Assembly: GCA_030704615.1 (NCBI GenBank)
Contig: CM060733.1
Location: 60,946,001 to 61,010,000, forward strand
DNA length: 64,000 nt
DNA from: Takakia lepidozioides
Lineage: Eukaryota > Plantae > Bryophyta
Direction: 5' to 3'
A program made the translations under genes and the position numbers. A model generated the notes under the pieces. The model worked only from the letters and a program-made list of their open reading frames with translations, ran no database searches and was not told the DNA's origin. The number at the start of each line of letters is the position of its first letter. Position 1 is the first letter of the stretch. This document shows positions 50,193 through 64,000 of this stretch, in pieces.

Positions 50193-53100
50193 AGCTCTAC
50201 TCTATAGTTTCTGTTCAGGACTTTTTCTTATGTCATTCTGGTATCGGGTATCGTTCAAATAGGAATTACACCAATAGGTTATTGTAAGAGTAGTCTCTGG
50301 GAAAATTTTCATAAATTACAGGTCGCACCGAGGGTACATCTGTCTTCCGCATCAAAGGTTCAAGATTGTCACCCCTGCTGTACATTGTAAATTGTAGTTA
50401 CTTCTGTTGCTGGCCTTTGCAGCGATAGCAATCTGTATCATGGGTTGGTTACTTTCTCAGTAAAATTGCTGATGCAAAATTGCAACCAAATGATGGGTTA
50501 TGAGAGATCTTCTGGGAGGACGTGCTGTGGGAGATCAGTTGTTCTTAAAACTATTCAAATGATAGTCTGCTTCTGCCTGACGGAATATGTGATTGTGACT
50601 TGTCATGTTCTTCCTGATGTTGTGGCATTTGTTATCTTCCCTTCTCTCCCGCCCAGTATATCTGCGAACTCAATTTTTTCCAGTCTTAACTACTTGATGC
50701 ATTGCTGTTACTTGGGTGGATTACTTTCTCGATTTCTTGGGTCAACTGCAACACTAGCAGTGCGCACTCTGCAGTCAGTATTCTTGTCGATCATCTTTTT
50801 CGTCATGAGAAGTATCCTCATTCAAACATGTTTGATATATGGGCCTAATGAGATGGGCCACGAAGCTCTCTGGACCACCTGCTCCAATATCTCAATCAGC
50901 AGGATGCACCAGGTCGTCTACACTCCACATGTAGTTGACTTCTCTTGGCTTCTGTTGCTAAAACTTACCATTTTGGTGAAAACGGGGTTGATGTTGAGTT
51001 CCTGTATCTCTTAAGAGTCTGACTAAGTTGCTGATCATATCAAAAGTCGAAAAGCCACCTCGGGTATAACATGTTGTCCAGGTGATAATGAGTGGGAGAC
51101 ACTCACCTGTCCAAGAAACTCAAGCCGCCAGGGCACTTCCTACTTCGAAGCAGATATGGGGTTGTTGATTGAAACGCCGCAGCCTGGGCGAGACTCTACC
51201 GTACGTATGATTTGGGAGGCACTTCCTACTTCACCGACACTGTGGTAATCTTGCCAATACTTTCCTTTCCTAACTGATGAAATAGTTTTTCTCAAGGGGA
51301 GGTGAACTCGTACAGACCACAAACTTGGAACACATCTAGTCGTCCTTCAAAATACAAGCCCATTCACTTGTGCTGCATGACGTGATCAACCACGAAAGGA
51401 CGTCGAAACCTTTGCACGCATGGGAAAAGCATAATCACAAGCCCTACAACTTCCATGGTGAGCATTCAATTGACATTGCATCAAAGATATGGAGGAGGAG
51501 GATGAAAATCTTCCCACTGTTTAGGAAGAAATTGCACATGCCTGGCCAGCAAATCAGTTATGGGTTCTCCTGTGGGCCAAGAGTATGGTATAAACGGATG
51601 CCCACTAACATACCGAGTCGGTGATCCGCCAATGGATAGCATTCAAGCAAATCTTTAAACTCTACGAGTATCCGTCAGATAATGTACAGTCCGACCCCCC
51701 TTAACTGCAGTTAAATATTTTGATTCACACTTAAAGTTGCAGCATTAACACACCCACTTCTTGGAATTTCGAATTGTCAGAGGGGAGGGCAGGGAAACTT
51801 AAGATTATTTAATGGGAGGAAGCAATGCAGCTCAAATAATTTATTGGTGCCAACCTTGATAGCACTGCACGTCAGATATGGACTCATATTTTATGTACCC
51901 CTGCTGGGTTGCCTTTAACCTAACCGTAGTAAAAAGCAGTTTCTAATCATCAGAGCAGTTCGCACTGGCAGGGACGTTGGACTGCCACTCTGGTTTCTTT
52001 ATTGACGTCAAATTGAATGTCAGGTTATGTACCCTACCTTATCTCTCTTAAAATCCCACCTTTATGACCCCCTCTGGACCTCCATAACTTCGTTTCATCA
52101 GCAGTGAGCAACCCATAAACATCGGGATGACCTCTTTAAATCCCCAGCCTGTGTGTTCCCCCCATTACCCTAGTTTATTCACAACCTACAAACTGTTCAC
52201 TGTATTATATATGGCCTTCCTTTGAAATCCGCGACTGCTAATAAAGTAATGCATGCCACAAATCAAACACACTCCATTTTGCGTCAGACTATGTCACGGT
52301 ACCTGTTTCACAGTCCTTTATGGCCATCAATTTTCCAGCGCAGTTTTCTCCCCCTCTATCAATTTGCCCACCCCCCCTTCTGCCCCACCATGACTTGCTC
52401 TTTCTAAACTAGCTAGGTATTGCATCTCAGCTACTGTTACTATCTAGCTTCTACTCCAATTGCGCGAAATGTACTACAGATGTATCACTCCAGGCGAAGT
52501 TGGTGGGCAGGGTTTCCAAGTTTTGGCTCCGTTTCAAGAATGACCATTCAAGTTGCTATCTTCTGCATGGTCAAATACAGGTCTATTACGGGTTATAGGA
52601 AAATCAAAATTGTATGTCCAGATGGGTTTCGTTGTTCTTGCCCAAGTCCCTATCTCTCCACAAGGAAACAGTCAACCGAGAACAGACCAGCTCGTCTTCC
52701 AGCCCCACATACTAACTAGATCCCTTTCACAATCCCTTCAGATAGATTGGACTTGTGAATCAACTGTTGCTTCGTATCAAATTCTAGTAGATCCACCGAC
52801 AGTGGAGTACCCTATATTTTGTATGATCTGCCTACAGATTCACACTCTGCAGATTTATACTTTGCAATCCCCCTTACAATCTCTTCAGAGTAGGCCTACG
52901 ACATATGTCATGCTGCCAGGGCTTCTTGCAGCACCTTCTTCTTCTTCGGAATCATGAGGGGTAGGTAGTATTTCTACTACTACCTTATATAAGTTGGCCT
53001 GATTCTCAAGTCAAATTGTGCGGACTTTTCCTACTCCACTAATAGAGCCTAGGCTGAACAGAAAATACCCTACAGTTGACTCCTTGGGAGCGAGATAGTC

Positions 53101-54978
53101 GCCAAAGATGCCACCATTTAGTTGACTTATACAAGTGCTTCTATAAATGATGAGGTCACAATAGCACCTATATTTCTTGCGTTGCACTATCTTCCTTCCT
53201 TCCTTCCTTCCATGATGGTCCATCCATATTCTCCATCCGAACCCAAGGTGACCAGGGGTCAGACATCTAACCTCACCCACATTTTGATCCTTCAGTACAG
53301 TGCAGCAAATCCACACCGGAATTAGAACCCATTACTTGAAGAATGCCGCAGAGAGTGTTTATTAGCTGAGCCTCAAAGGGACCCAAGTGTGTCAGAGAAT
53401 TCCACCACCCAATTCAAGTCATGAGTTACCTACCTTTGAATCAGTCTGCCTTCCTCATAAATCCTTCTGAACTTCCATACCCAATTTAGTCACTTCTGCT
53501 GGATCACTCTTCCTAGCTTTTCACTGGCCCTTCAACTGATCAGAACTCAACCATGGATGACTGACCCCATCTATCCACGGATGAACAACTTCCTTGGCTC
53601 GATGGATGAATGATATGCCAAGGGATGACTGAGAGCATCCATCCCTCACACCATAGGAACTCGCTAGTAAGTCGGGAGAGTTACTAGCAAACTTGACCGT
53701 TGAGTATTTGAAACGCCGTGCAGTTTTCGAGATTATCTGCCGTCGATTATGAAGAATCCTACGGTGGAAGTGTGTATCAAACAGCACGATCGAACCGTGG
53801 ATCTGGAATTAGAGAAGGAGCTATTGGAAGTCACAGGAATAAGTAATTGATGGGTGTGTCTATAAAAGGGGGGCTGTGTAAATGGGTGATCACATGTCCT
53901 GTCTGAAGTCCTTAATGGCTTCGGACCATGTAGTTGCTCACTAACCCCTCGCCCATGTTCTTCCCAGGCTTAATTGCCCACCCTAATCTGGTGAGCACCA
54001 GGTGGGATTAGCAGAAAGGAACAGATCATCCAAAGCCTGGGTTAGTAGACAGGGCGTTGCTCCTCTGGGGCCCAGCTCACCAAGCGCTGCTATATTTGGC
54101 TGCTCTTGATGCGGGTTACTAGCTCTGCTTTCATACCTTCGCTTTTGATGTTTTGTTGTGTGGCAGATCTGCTTATTAGGGAGTAACTCTGCTAATCCAG
54201 CTTTTCCCTGCAGGGGATGTCAGTACAGTAGCATACAAAACCAGGCTGGTAACCCCCTAGATTAGTGAGACTGTTCAATACCAATCATTATCATTCCTCC
54301 ACTCCAATATGTCCATTCCATATATGTACTACAATTCATTGTCAAGCAGCGTGACCATTGAATCTCAGCAAAAGAGTTATCCAACAACTGTACAAATTCT
54401 GCAAGTTGCATTGAAATTGATTCCGCGATCAAACTGTGCCAAGTGCCTCTCTTTGCTTCCAACTCTCCCCAAGTTTGATAGTGTCAGGTGCACCTCAGGT
54501 TGAACTCATGTATGCTGAAGCACAACTGGAGCTCATATGGCACCTTTTCAAACTGAGCACCCACTCCTTTTTATTAGTGAATAAAGACACTTTCTGTTTG
54601 ATGATCAAGAGAACTGCTGGAAGTGATGCGAGATATGGAGCCCATCTGTCGCTGGGTCTGATTTCTGACAGTTGTGTGATTTAGAGCTTGAATCTCACGA
54701 CTTCGGATGACACCTGCCTGAGCTTCAATCCCTGCATCTTGATACTCTTGATAGCCTTCAAGAAAAAATTGCTAGGGCATCTACCCGTGTTGATGATTCT
54801 GCTTTTGTTTGATTTTGAATGTGGTAATGCATACGGACTGAGATTGCGTATAGGCTACTGCTAAATCTACACCATGTACAAGCACCTGATGGGTGTCTGA
54901 ACATAAGCCTATCATCTGATACTCCTTGCCTATTCAAGTTTTTTAGTACTATGGGGCCCGAAATACAACATGGAAAAC

Positions 54979-57900
54979 TCAGAAGAAACCAACAGTTCCT
55001 TTCATGGTGATGGGTTGCGAGAAATCCACACGTTTGGCTTGCCCTTTAGACACCATATCTGGCAACAAATTTGCTTCCTTTGCCGCAATCCCAGCAGCCG
55101 TCCACACCTGCCCAATGTGTAGCTCATTAGACATTTCACAACCACCTCCTGCCCATTTTGACCCTCAGCCTTTGGATACATTTTTTTTGGGACACTTTTT
55201 CTCTAAGGAATGCCATCAGTAGTCACATTTTCCTCATGAAGCTCTCTTTCAGGGGTTTCCTCAGCTTCAAAAACTTCACCCCTCCAGCAGACAGAGAGAG
55301 CAAGAGAGAGAAGAGTAACAGGGGGAAATGAAGATAACGAAATACAGAAGTACATCATGGTAAAAGTTCTCTAAAGTACCGTCACATGAGGCCAGGAGTT
55401 TTTGGAGGAGATCGCGTGTTCACCACCTCCAGTCAGCTGAACCTCCAGAGCAAGCAGCTGTTCAGAGAAGAGGAGTGCAGTCAGCTGCACTGATGTCTCA
55501 CAGCCACGCAAGGAACTGTATCCTGCAACTGCGGCTACACCATGGGCTCGCTTATGTGCAAGAGTAATATGTGCTTTCCCCAACGAGTCTTTCACATCCT
55601 TGTCAGACAGATATGCCGCAATCTGAGAGTTTAATGCTGCTACCTGAAACAGCCACCAAACAGCCAAAAGGAGCCTGTCAGCAGCAGAAATCAGGGACGC
55701 AAAATTTGCCGCTACGCTACTGTCTGCCCAGTCACCCAATTTTCCTGTTAGAAATGCTATCTGGGAGTGACCAATATGACATTGGATAAATATAATTGAA
55801 CAGTACTCTACTTTATCTACATGGCTTCCAATAACACAAGTGAAGCTTCCACAGTAGTGCTAGAAGGTCAAGGACAGACAGACAGTAATGTACCTCTTTC
55901 AGGGCATCTAAGACTTCGATTGGAGAAAGAGCTATGGCAACAAAAGTGAAGGTACGGAATGAGCGCTCTTCTGTCGGCGGTGCAACATGCATTTTGAAGT
56001 CCCCTTGGGCGATTGCCTGGAGTTGCTTCTGCACGCTTCTCACCATCTCTTCAAAGGGAACCTAAGCCAACCAGTAGGGTTCACTGACATGTCAGTGCAG
56101 GTCAGCATCACATGGACCCCATAGCAGCATATCCTGGAAATGGCTATGCTTTTCTATGTGCAAATGCTCCTATCAGTCTCTTCAGGAACAAAGCCATCTG
56201 TGTGAAACACACTATCCCCTCTCTCCATTAACAATCCTTTCAAAAGATGCGTAACTATCCAATTAAAGAAGTTCTGAGAAGCTTGAGCTACAGCTGTGTC
56301 TGGTTTCAGGAGGAAGGCATCTAGAAATATTGACGACCTCATGCCTTCAATTTTCGGCATTCTCACAAGATAAGCTGTGATTAACTACTCTTGTTGGATT
56401 AAACATGGTGGACTCCTAGGGATACTGCAGTTCAAGAGAGTGAAGTGTTCCTACCTGAGTGGAATGAAGCGTTCTATATTCAATTAGATAATTCAGAGGT
56501 TCAAATCTTCAGCCATCAAATGAATTGGGCTACCGTCTTTTCCAGCTGAATCCTTGTGTCTTTTAGGACTTTGGATGGGTTTGGGAGGCAGCCAACCCCC
56601 TCCTTTCCTCTGCTTCTGATGGTTTGTCTCATTAAAGCGGTTCTCCCTTTTTTTCCAAAAATGAAAAAATCCGGAGCATGATGTTCCAGATATTCTGTTA
56701 TTTTGATAGCGATAATCAGGAATGTACATGTACAAGAGGTAAAGAGATGATGGATTACAAGCCGTAGCATGGATCCAAGGACAGTTAATGAGAGATCTAG
56801 TTAAAGTTCCCACCTGGATTTCATTGAGATATTTGGCATTTGCAAAGCAAACATCTTTTAAATGCTTCTCCCATGCAACCCACTCGTTCAAAAAGCTTCC
56901 TTTCAAACTTTCCAACCTGCAGAAAGGAAATGCAACCCTAATGATTTTCTCTCTAACATGTAACGATCAAACCTCTTATAATAAGTGCTTACACAACTAA
57001 GCACCTCTGAGCCTAGAGACCTCTCTTGCTGCTTGCTATCCTGATATATTTTCTTGCTCTAAGCTTACTCTATGCTTTACTTGGCTGACTAGCCTTTCCT
57101 AGGCTTTTGCCAAATCTGACTTTGCTTTAGTCTATACTCATACTTTTACTGTGTATGGCTTTGTGATTCAAGACAGCCCTGATGAACTGGAGTATATTTC
57201 AAAGGGTTATAACGCTCCCATTAGTTCCTCTGAGATTGCGGAAGCAATTGAGCATCTAAACGGATACAAAGCTGGTGGCCCTGATGGCATTGTCAATGAG
57301 CTTATCAAGCATGGTGGTGACCCTATGATAGAGGCCCTTGTTCTTCTCTTTAACCTTATATGGACGACTGAAATTACCCCCTTCCAATGGCGGCAGGGGG
57401 TCATTGTCAATTTATATAAGAAAGGTGACAGAGAAGAGCCGGGTAACTATCGGGGCATCGCGCTTCTTAATGCAGTTGGCAAGATATTCTGTAGAGAAGT
57501 CCAGAGGTATTCTGATCTGGAGTCCAGAGGTTGTTTCCATGAAGGCCAAGCTGGCCTTCGGCGAAACAGGGGCTGCGTGGATCATATCTTCACACTCAGC
57601 CAGATTATCCAGGGAAGGAAAAAAGAAGGGAAACCTACTTTTGTCTTTTTCCTGGATGTTAAAAAGGCCTATGACACTGTGTGGAGAGACGGTCTATGGC
57701 TCCGACTCTGGTCTTCCAGGATCAAGGGAAAGATGTGGAGAGTGGTCCATAACTTGTATGCTCACACTAAAAGCTGTGTCACTGTTAATGGACAGAAGTC
57801 TAATTTCTTTGACATAGACCAAGGTGTAGCTCAAGGATGTACCCTCTCCCCTCCGCTCTTCAATGTTTTCATAAATCAACTACTGGAGGATGTGGAAAGT

Positions 57901-60900
57901 GAGGGATTTGGGTCAAGGGTGGGTGATGCCACCATACCAGCCCTTATGTTTGCGGATGACTTCGCAGGCATAGGGGAGACTCCTTCCAACCTCCAGGGGC
58001 TGATAGATTGCGCGAAGAGATACTTTGATCTTTGGGGGCTAGAGGCCAATGTCAGTAAATGCGCAGTGGTGGCATCCAACGACCGGGGGGAAGGAGGAGG
58101 CGACCTCAAGTGGCAGTGGGGAAGCCCAGAGATCCCTGTTCTCCCCTCCTACACCTATCTTGGCGTTGAGTTTTCCTCCAACTGTAATTGGGAAGCACAT
58201 ATTCAAAGAGTGGTTCAATCTGGCAAACGCAAAGCGCTGGGTCTCGCTAAATTTTTCCACTGCAGAGGGATCAACTCTGAAGTCAAAACAACCATGCTTT
58301 GCCGCGTTATCAGGCCGGCCTTGGAGTATGCATCTGCTGTATGGGTTGATAACTCCAACCAGGCTAAGTCTCTTGAATCCATCCAAGTCGGGGTGTTCAA
58401 GGAGTGCATGTCAGCATGCTCCAAAACAGCTAATGTGGCTGTTCGGGGTGGGTTTGGCATTCCTCCCTTAAGCTCCCGACGCGGTGGTGGGGTCAGCTGC
58501 AACGTATGGCTAATACCAGATATCCTAAGTTAATCGACTCTATATCTTGGAAGCAGGACCGCCCTGTCAAACAGGCTAAATCCTGGCGGAAAAGGGTAGA
58601 AGAGATTTTCAAGGATCTGAATCTTAGTCCACTAGCCATGACCCTGCTGGATAAATCTGGCTTGGAAGCTGAAGCCATGTCTATTGCCAGGAAATTGTCT
58701 GAAGAAACTGAAGTTAGGCAGAAAACTTCCCTGAACCTGTTTCCAGTCTGTGACATGGGTGAGGCCATCATGGATGACCTCAAGGGTCTACCCACCCTCG
58801 GCCCTAGACTGAAATTCAAACTCTGGGCGGGTAGCCTACCTTTGAACAACAAACAGTCGCAGAGAGGAAAGGGGGATTGTAAGTGCCTGTTGTGTGGGCA
58901 ACCTGAAGACAATATTCACTTCCTGATTCATTGTCCTGGGTACTCTCACCAACGGGACACCCTCTTTCAATTCCATCAAGGAAATTGTGCCTGTACCTCT
59001 GTTTAACAACTTTGAAAATCTTGAGGCTGAGCCAAAAGCCCAGGCGCTTTTGGGGTCTAGCTATTGGGCAAATCACACACATCAGATTGATGCTTGTGTG
59101 AAGGGATTTCTGGAGGATATCTGGAAATCTCGGATCAACTGTTTATTCCAAGGTAAATCATACTACCGGCGTCAGCCCCTGACAAAGGTAGTTTCTGTCC
59201 CTTTATGTTCCGTGCAAACTGGGCGTGGGGTCAATGGCCACAAGGCTACGGCAAACAATGTCTTATGAGTACAATGTATATGGCTTTGCTTAAAGCCTTT
59301 CTATACTTTCACTAATATGGCTTTGCTGAAGCCCAAACTGACTATTGCTAATCTAGGCTGTGACAAAACATATGATATTTGCATTGGATGCCCAAACGGC
59401 ATGTTAGTATATACGGTTGTTTGTGACATCTCTATTGTCAAATAAAATGATGCAAGTGAGTCACATCAAATAAAGTAGTTTTACATTCTCATGTGTATCT
59501 GTGCACCTTCTAACCTGCATCAGATCAAAATGTTGAAAAACAACCCAATGAAGATGGCGGTATCTGGCATTACAATTGATGTCTCAGTTGCAGAAACGGC
59601 AAAGATATTCCTCCTAAATTTGCAAGCCCTAACTGGTGGTGAAATGCACCAGATGGGTGTCATGCTGACACTGCACTTGAGCTACCTAGGAAATGTGGTT
59701 TGTGAAGTTGACGCAGAAACAAAATTCAGCACAAACCAAGTGTATCTGCTCAGAGAACATACCGTCCGTGTTTGTTAACATGGCGTCTGTAGAGATCAAA
59801 ACCTTCTTCAAAAACCTCCACAACAGCTGCTGGCATTGGTGCTCTGCAAATATTCAGAATAATCACTGGTAAGCAACACGAGTGAGGGTGGAGAATCGTA
59901 GACCATCCTACCCTTATGGCAATTATCCCTTTCCTACGAAGAAAGTTGAAATGGCTCGACCAATCTCACTTTGAGTGCATCCTTCCCAATTAGAGGCTAC
60001 TGCATCCTATTGGAATGTTTGCATCACAACAGCTCTTCCAACAAACGCATGTTTACTTGTCCAATTTTGCCCACGAGAGAATCCGAAGCCCCTAGACAAC
60101 CATGATCTGGCAAGAAATACCCTGCATGGCTGGTTGGACCAGCGTTGGTAACATCCAACAAGGGCTAGCTGTTGGAAGCTGACCCATCCCAAGTAGTATA
60201 TCCTTGCAAACAAAATTGCAAACAATGGAATCACAACTGCTGAAAGGGGTAAACTTAATAAAGGCAGGTTTCTGCTCCACTAACCTGTTAGACTTAAGCA
60301 GTGGCATCTTTACAAGGTGGCCAAACTGGTTTCGCAGTTCCTGCTCAAACTCCTTCCGGTCCTGTGGCAAACATAACACACATTACACAGGTAAGAAACA
60401 CATCTCACTCACTCTCTATCTATCTTACTGTCTCTCCCGACACATCTATAATCTCAGCTCATACAATGTCTCTGGTGACGCTTGAGGGTATGGAAACACC
60501 AAAAAAGACAGAAGCTTGATAATAGAAAAACGGTGCTTCTACATTGGTCTTCAAACCTAAACATGAGTGCTTGGACTGACTTGCTCCCTAACGACACCAT
60601 GCATTTGGTCCTTGGCTAGAGGTTGGCCATAATCATCATCAACAATTTTATAAATTGGTGAGAAGAATAAAAAACTGCTCAATGCAAACTCTCATATTGA
60701 ACCTGGTTAGTGTTTAGCCAGAGGTAGAAGTTTCATTTCTACCTTGGAACTTAATAGACTAGAAAAGGAGGATTTCACTGTAAAAATAGATAATTCTCAC
60801 AAAAATTCTCACTTCAAGCCCCCCCTGCTTAGTTAAAAGGTTTGTTCATAACTTTGCCCGACTGATTTATCTTCCAAAAGTTGCTCACCTTGCCCTCATA

Positions 60901-63707
60901 AAGGTTGTAGAACATCAGCAGCACAAATCCAGGGTTTGGAGAGTTTTTGTCCAGATTTCCCTGCGCAAAACCATTACAGAAGACTGATCTTACAGTTTGC
61001 AGTGCCACCATTTAAGATCCATTTGCAAAGAAGGAGACTCACTGACAAGCCCAGGGTCAAATGCCGGGCACATAGAAAGTCATAATAGAACCAGACATTG
61101 CACTAATCTACAGCCGAGTTTGTGCCACTTCCACCTAAACACAGGAGCAAAGTCACTATGACACAGAGGATTCATAACGAGCTATGCTTGCCATAACTTT
61201 GTGCCCAAAGACCCCACACCCAGTGTGGAGAGACAGAAAAAGAAAGAAACCTTGTAACGTCCAGAGGGCCCACTAGGCCCACGGGGAAAAGTAGAACACA
61301 AGAAACAAGTTCAAAAAACACCAAACATCACCCAAGGACAAAGTGTGAGAGAAGACATAATAAAAATCTATTGAGTTTGAGGGAGCCCAAAGGACACAAA
61401 AGTAGACCAACACAGAACAACCACAGAAACCACGAAACCAAAGACCAAATCATACCTCAAAATGCCTCATGCAGGTAAGCGACTAAGGACATTGGGTGCT
61501 CATAGCTAAATGCCTCTGCCAGGAATGGGGAAAGAAAAAAGAAACTTTACAACACAGCGAGGAAGTAAAATAAAACATCATGTCTGTGGAGCCCAGAGGG
61601 CCCAAGTGACACAGGAGAAAAACAGCACAGTACAACACAGATGCTCTCAAGCCCTCTAACTTGCATAGATACACATTAGAAAGGAACGGAATGGGATCAA
61701 CTCTGGAGCAAAGAAAGTGGCGACACCTTCTGATAGGACACCCCACAAAAGCATAAAAAGCAGTCGATGCATGTGAAAGGGAGCAGATGCGATATACTGG
61801 TGTACATACAGATATAGTCGAAAGGAAAGGAATGCAGTCATCAACAACTTCCTATGGACACCTTTCTGACATGAAGCAACACAAATCTGCAGAAGTACTC
61901 AAATCCCAAACATAGCATAGAGGCAGAGAAGTATCACCAGGGTTTGTCATGAGATTTACCGGGTGATTTGTCCGCTGGAGGACACGGAAAACAAAGACAG
62001 CCAATGCATCCAGTGAATAGGGATTGGATACTGTGCCTGCATGCCAGCTTTTGGAGAACAAAATCAACATCTCCATGGATAGCGACGCTGTGAAGTGTCA
62101 GCATGAACCCCTAGAGCACAAGAGAAGACGGTATAACGAAGATAGTTTCAATGGATTTGCAGAGGGTCCCAGGAGAGGGAAAGAAGATTTCTACCTAGTC
62201 AAGCCTTGCAATATATCAAGGGCATGTTCATCTCCTTGCAATAAGTACACAAGATGTCATCTGCTGGATATGAATGGGAAAATAGACAGAGAAGGTACAG
62301 CATAATCAAGGCTTAAGGACACAAACCTTCGGAGTCAGGCACAACAGGAACACCAATTGCACGAGTGCTTTGACACATGGTTTCAATCTGTAGACGCAAA
62401 TCAGATATTGAAAATTTGATCCCTGAGCTCTCACATCTTTCCATCCACAATTGCAGTGTCACTTAGAATACCAACTAGTCAGTGCTAAAGCCAAGTAACA
62501 GGGTTGTATTGTTTAGGAGATGGATGTTAAAAATTAGTATCATCTTCCTCTTCTGTCTCCCCCTTTATATCGGAAGTGGTACCATGCTTCTAACAGATCT
62601 TAATTAGGTCCCGCTATTGCAGTGCAATGGCAGTGGGCCCCTTCTGCTCTCTTCCCCTTTGTGCTCCGTCCAAGCTGTCTCTGTCACCACACTAAATCAA
62701 GCATAGGGCTAATGGGTCCATCTCTTCCCTCCTTTTGGTATTTCAACTTGCAAGTAACAAAATTGAAATAAGGATCTCTGTGTCTCCATCTCTGTGTGTG
62801 CAGAAGTGATTGGTGGGTTGATATTCCACAATTGGCTTCAGGAGGATTAGAACCTCATGAGGACTATGCCTGCAAGAAGCCTGCAAGGTTACCTGATAGG
62901 CGATGCTCTTAATAAATTGATACTTCTCACAGTCTCTCCAAGACATCAGAAAGTACAATAAGCCTATTAGAATTTGGAAATGGAGTGGTTTAAAACTTTC
63001 CCATAGTAGCTGTCTTACCTGCTTCCAAACGTCATCATTGGGGGCATTCTTGTCAGCTAAGGTCACTCTGGCTGGTTTCTTTTGTCGATCCTCCCTCAAC
63101 TTCTGCCAATACTTCCCTATACAACAAGTTTGACACACATTTCAAATGAGCCTGTGGAATACCACCATGCATTCTGTTCAAGATGTATGAACATAATGTG
63201 CAACCAATACCTGTATGAAACCAAACCACTATGCTATAATCAACCGCGTCTTGCTCTCGCTAAAAGAGACAACACTCAACTTGCTCATGTACACCTATCT
63301 GGACCATCTTTAAGTCTAACAGATTATGTTTGTGTCGCAAGCATCCAACACACGGGTGTGAGATTTGGGTTTGGACTCAAACAGTCTACGTGGTGGACCA
63401 ATATCCTTTGAGATTCTCTGGACAGAGTTCAACTGGACTCCTCCCAACAAAACACTGGCAAGAGTCAACAACAATTCAACGACGTATTAACTGAAGTTTA
63501 TACTGGGCATTCAAAAGTCTGGGTACAGCCTCTAGTGTAAACTGCATTCTTTCCTTCTGCCCTTCCTTCTGGAAGCACCTAACAAACATGAAAGCATACC
63601 CTTGATAAGATCACCCATCAAACTGTGCATAGGGAGCTCATTGCCCAGGCCACCTGGTGCAGCACTAATTTGTTTGCAGAGTGCAGACTTAGCACACCCT
63701 GGTATTC
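54979..63707 (-). CDS. RNL: Plant tRNA ligase, 3' part (kinase and cyclic phosphodiesterase domains); gene continues beyond the window end
   Basis: Exons on minus strand: 63707-63600, 63116-63019, 62387-62327, 62036-61960, 60960-60889, 60361-60285, 59843-59763, 56916-56814, 56061-55894, 55643-55380, 55107-54979. All GT-AG with consistent phase. P-loop GIPGCAKS, ADKNAPN, NPYSLDALAVF, 2H motifs HITLAH and WPHVT/VWT; ends GFF*. Confidence 0.95.
57164..59274 (+). mobile_element. 5'-truncated non-LTR retrotransposon (RTE/RTEX-like LINE), antisense in an RNL intron
   Basis: RT motifs KAGGPDGI, PGNYRGIALL, FLDVKKAYDTVW, QGVAQGCTLSP, LMFADD, YTYLGV; C-terminal CCHC CLLC..HFLIHC. Two frameshifts, near 58500 and 58990. 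14-bp TSD TGT(G/A)TATGGCTTTG at 57150-57163 and 59275-59288. Confidence 0.92.
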
Positions 63708-63960
63708 CTGCAGGGCCCATCATGACAGCAAACATGTCAACATATGTGAGGTAACAGAAATGTAACGAAATGAAATGAAATGGTACTTTATAACGTCCGC
63801 GGAAAGCTCAAAGAGCTTATGGGATAAAATGGAAAAAACAGGAGAGAGGAAACAAAAGCAGAGCCAAAAAAAAGCCCTAAAGCAACTACTGCTCAAGGGA
63901 TTGTCTAAGGGTCAAGTCCTCGTGCAGGTAAGTTGCCAAGCATTTCTGATCCTCATAGGG

Positions 63961-63993
63961 GAACATCAAGAAAACATCAAGAAAACATCAAGA
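63961..63993. repeat. 11-bp tandem repeat x3
   Basis: AACATCAAGAA repeated three times. Confidence 0.75.
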
Positions 63994-64000
63994 ATGTCAT

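Noticed and set aside
50445-51014. 189-aa hydrophobic ORF
   Set aside because: TTG start, T-rich 3'UTR-like composition directly after CFL1, and no recognisable motif.
57207-58912. Alternative-frame and antisense ORFs over the LINE (and similarly over the piggyBac transposase)
   Set aside because: Shadow ORFs of the real coding frames.

Overview
Eukaryotic plant nuclear DNA, most likely a moss or other bryophyte (inferred from the intron-containing genes and the repeat landscape). The window has two compartments. About 1-39 kb is a transposon-rich zone. It holds a complete 4,154-bp piggyBac element (TTAA target duplication, TIRs, DDD transposase broken by one extra C, a small upstream ORF, and a structured 3' non-coding region with two 52-nt tRNA-elbow-like units). 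It also holds two non-autonomous TIR families with two copies each, three tRNA-derived SINE copies, Ty3/gypsy and CACTA remnants, an F-box pseudogene and several decayed ORFs. About 39-64 kb is gene space: a long CpG-rich upstream region, a 3-exon CURLY FLAG LEAF1-like WW-domain gene (+), and, convergently, the last 11 exons of the plant tRNA ligase gene RNL (-). One RNL intron carries a 5'-truncated RTE/RTEX-like LINE. The piggyBac element, with its accessory ORF and structured RNA-like domain, is the best candidate for something undescribed. All family assignments are by eye; no searches were run.
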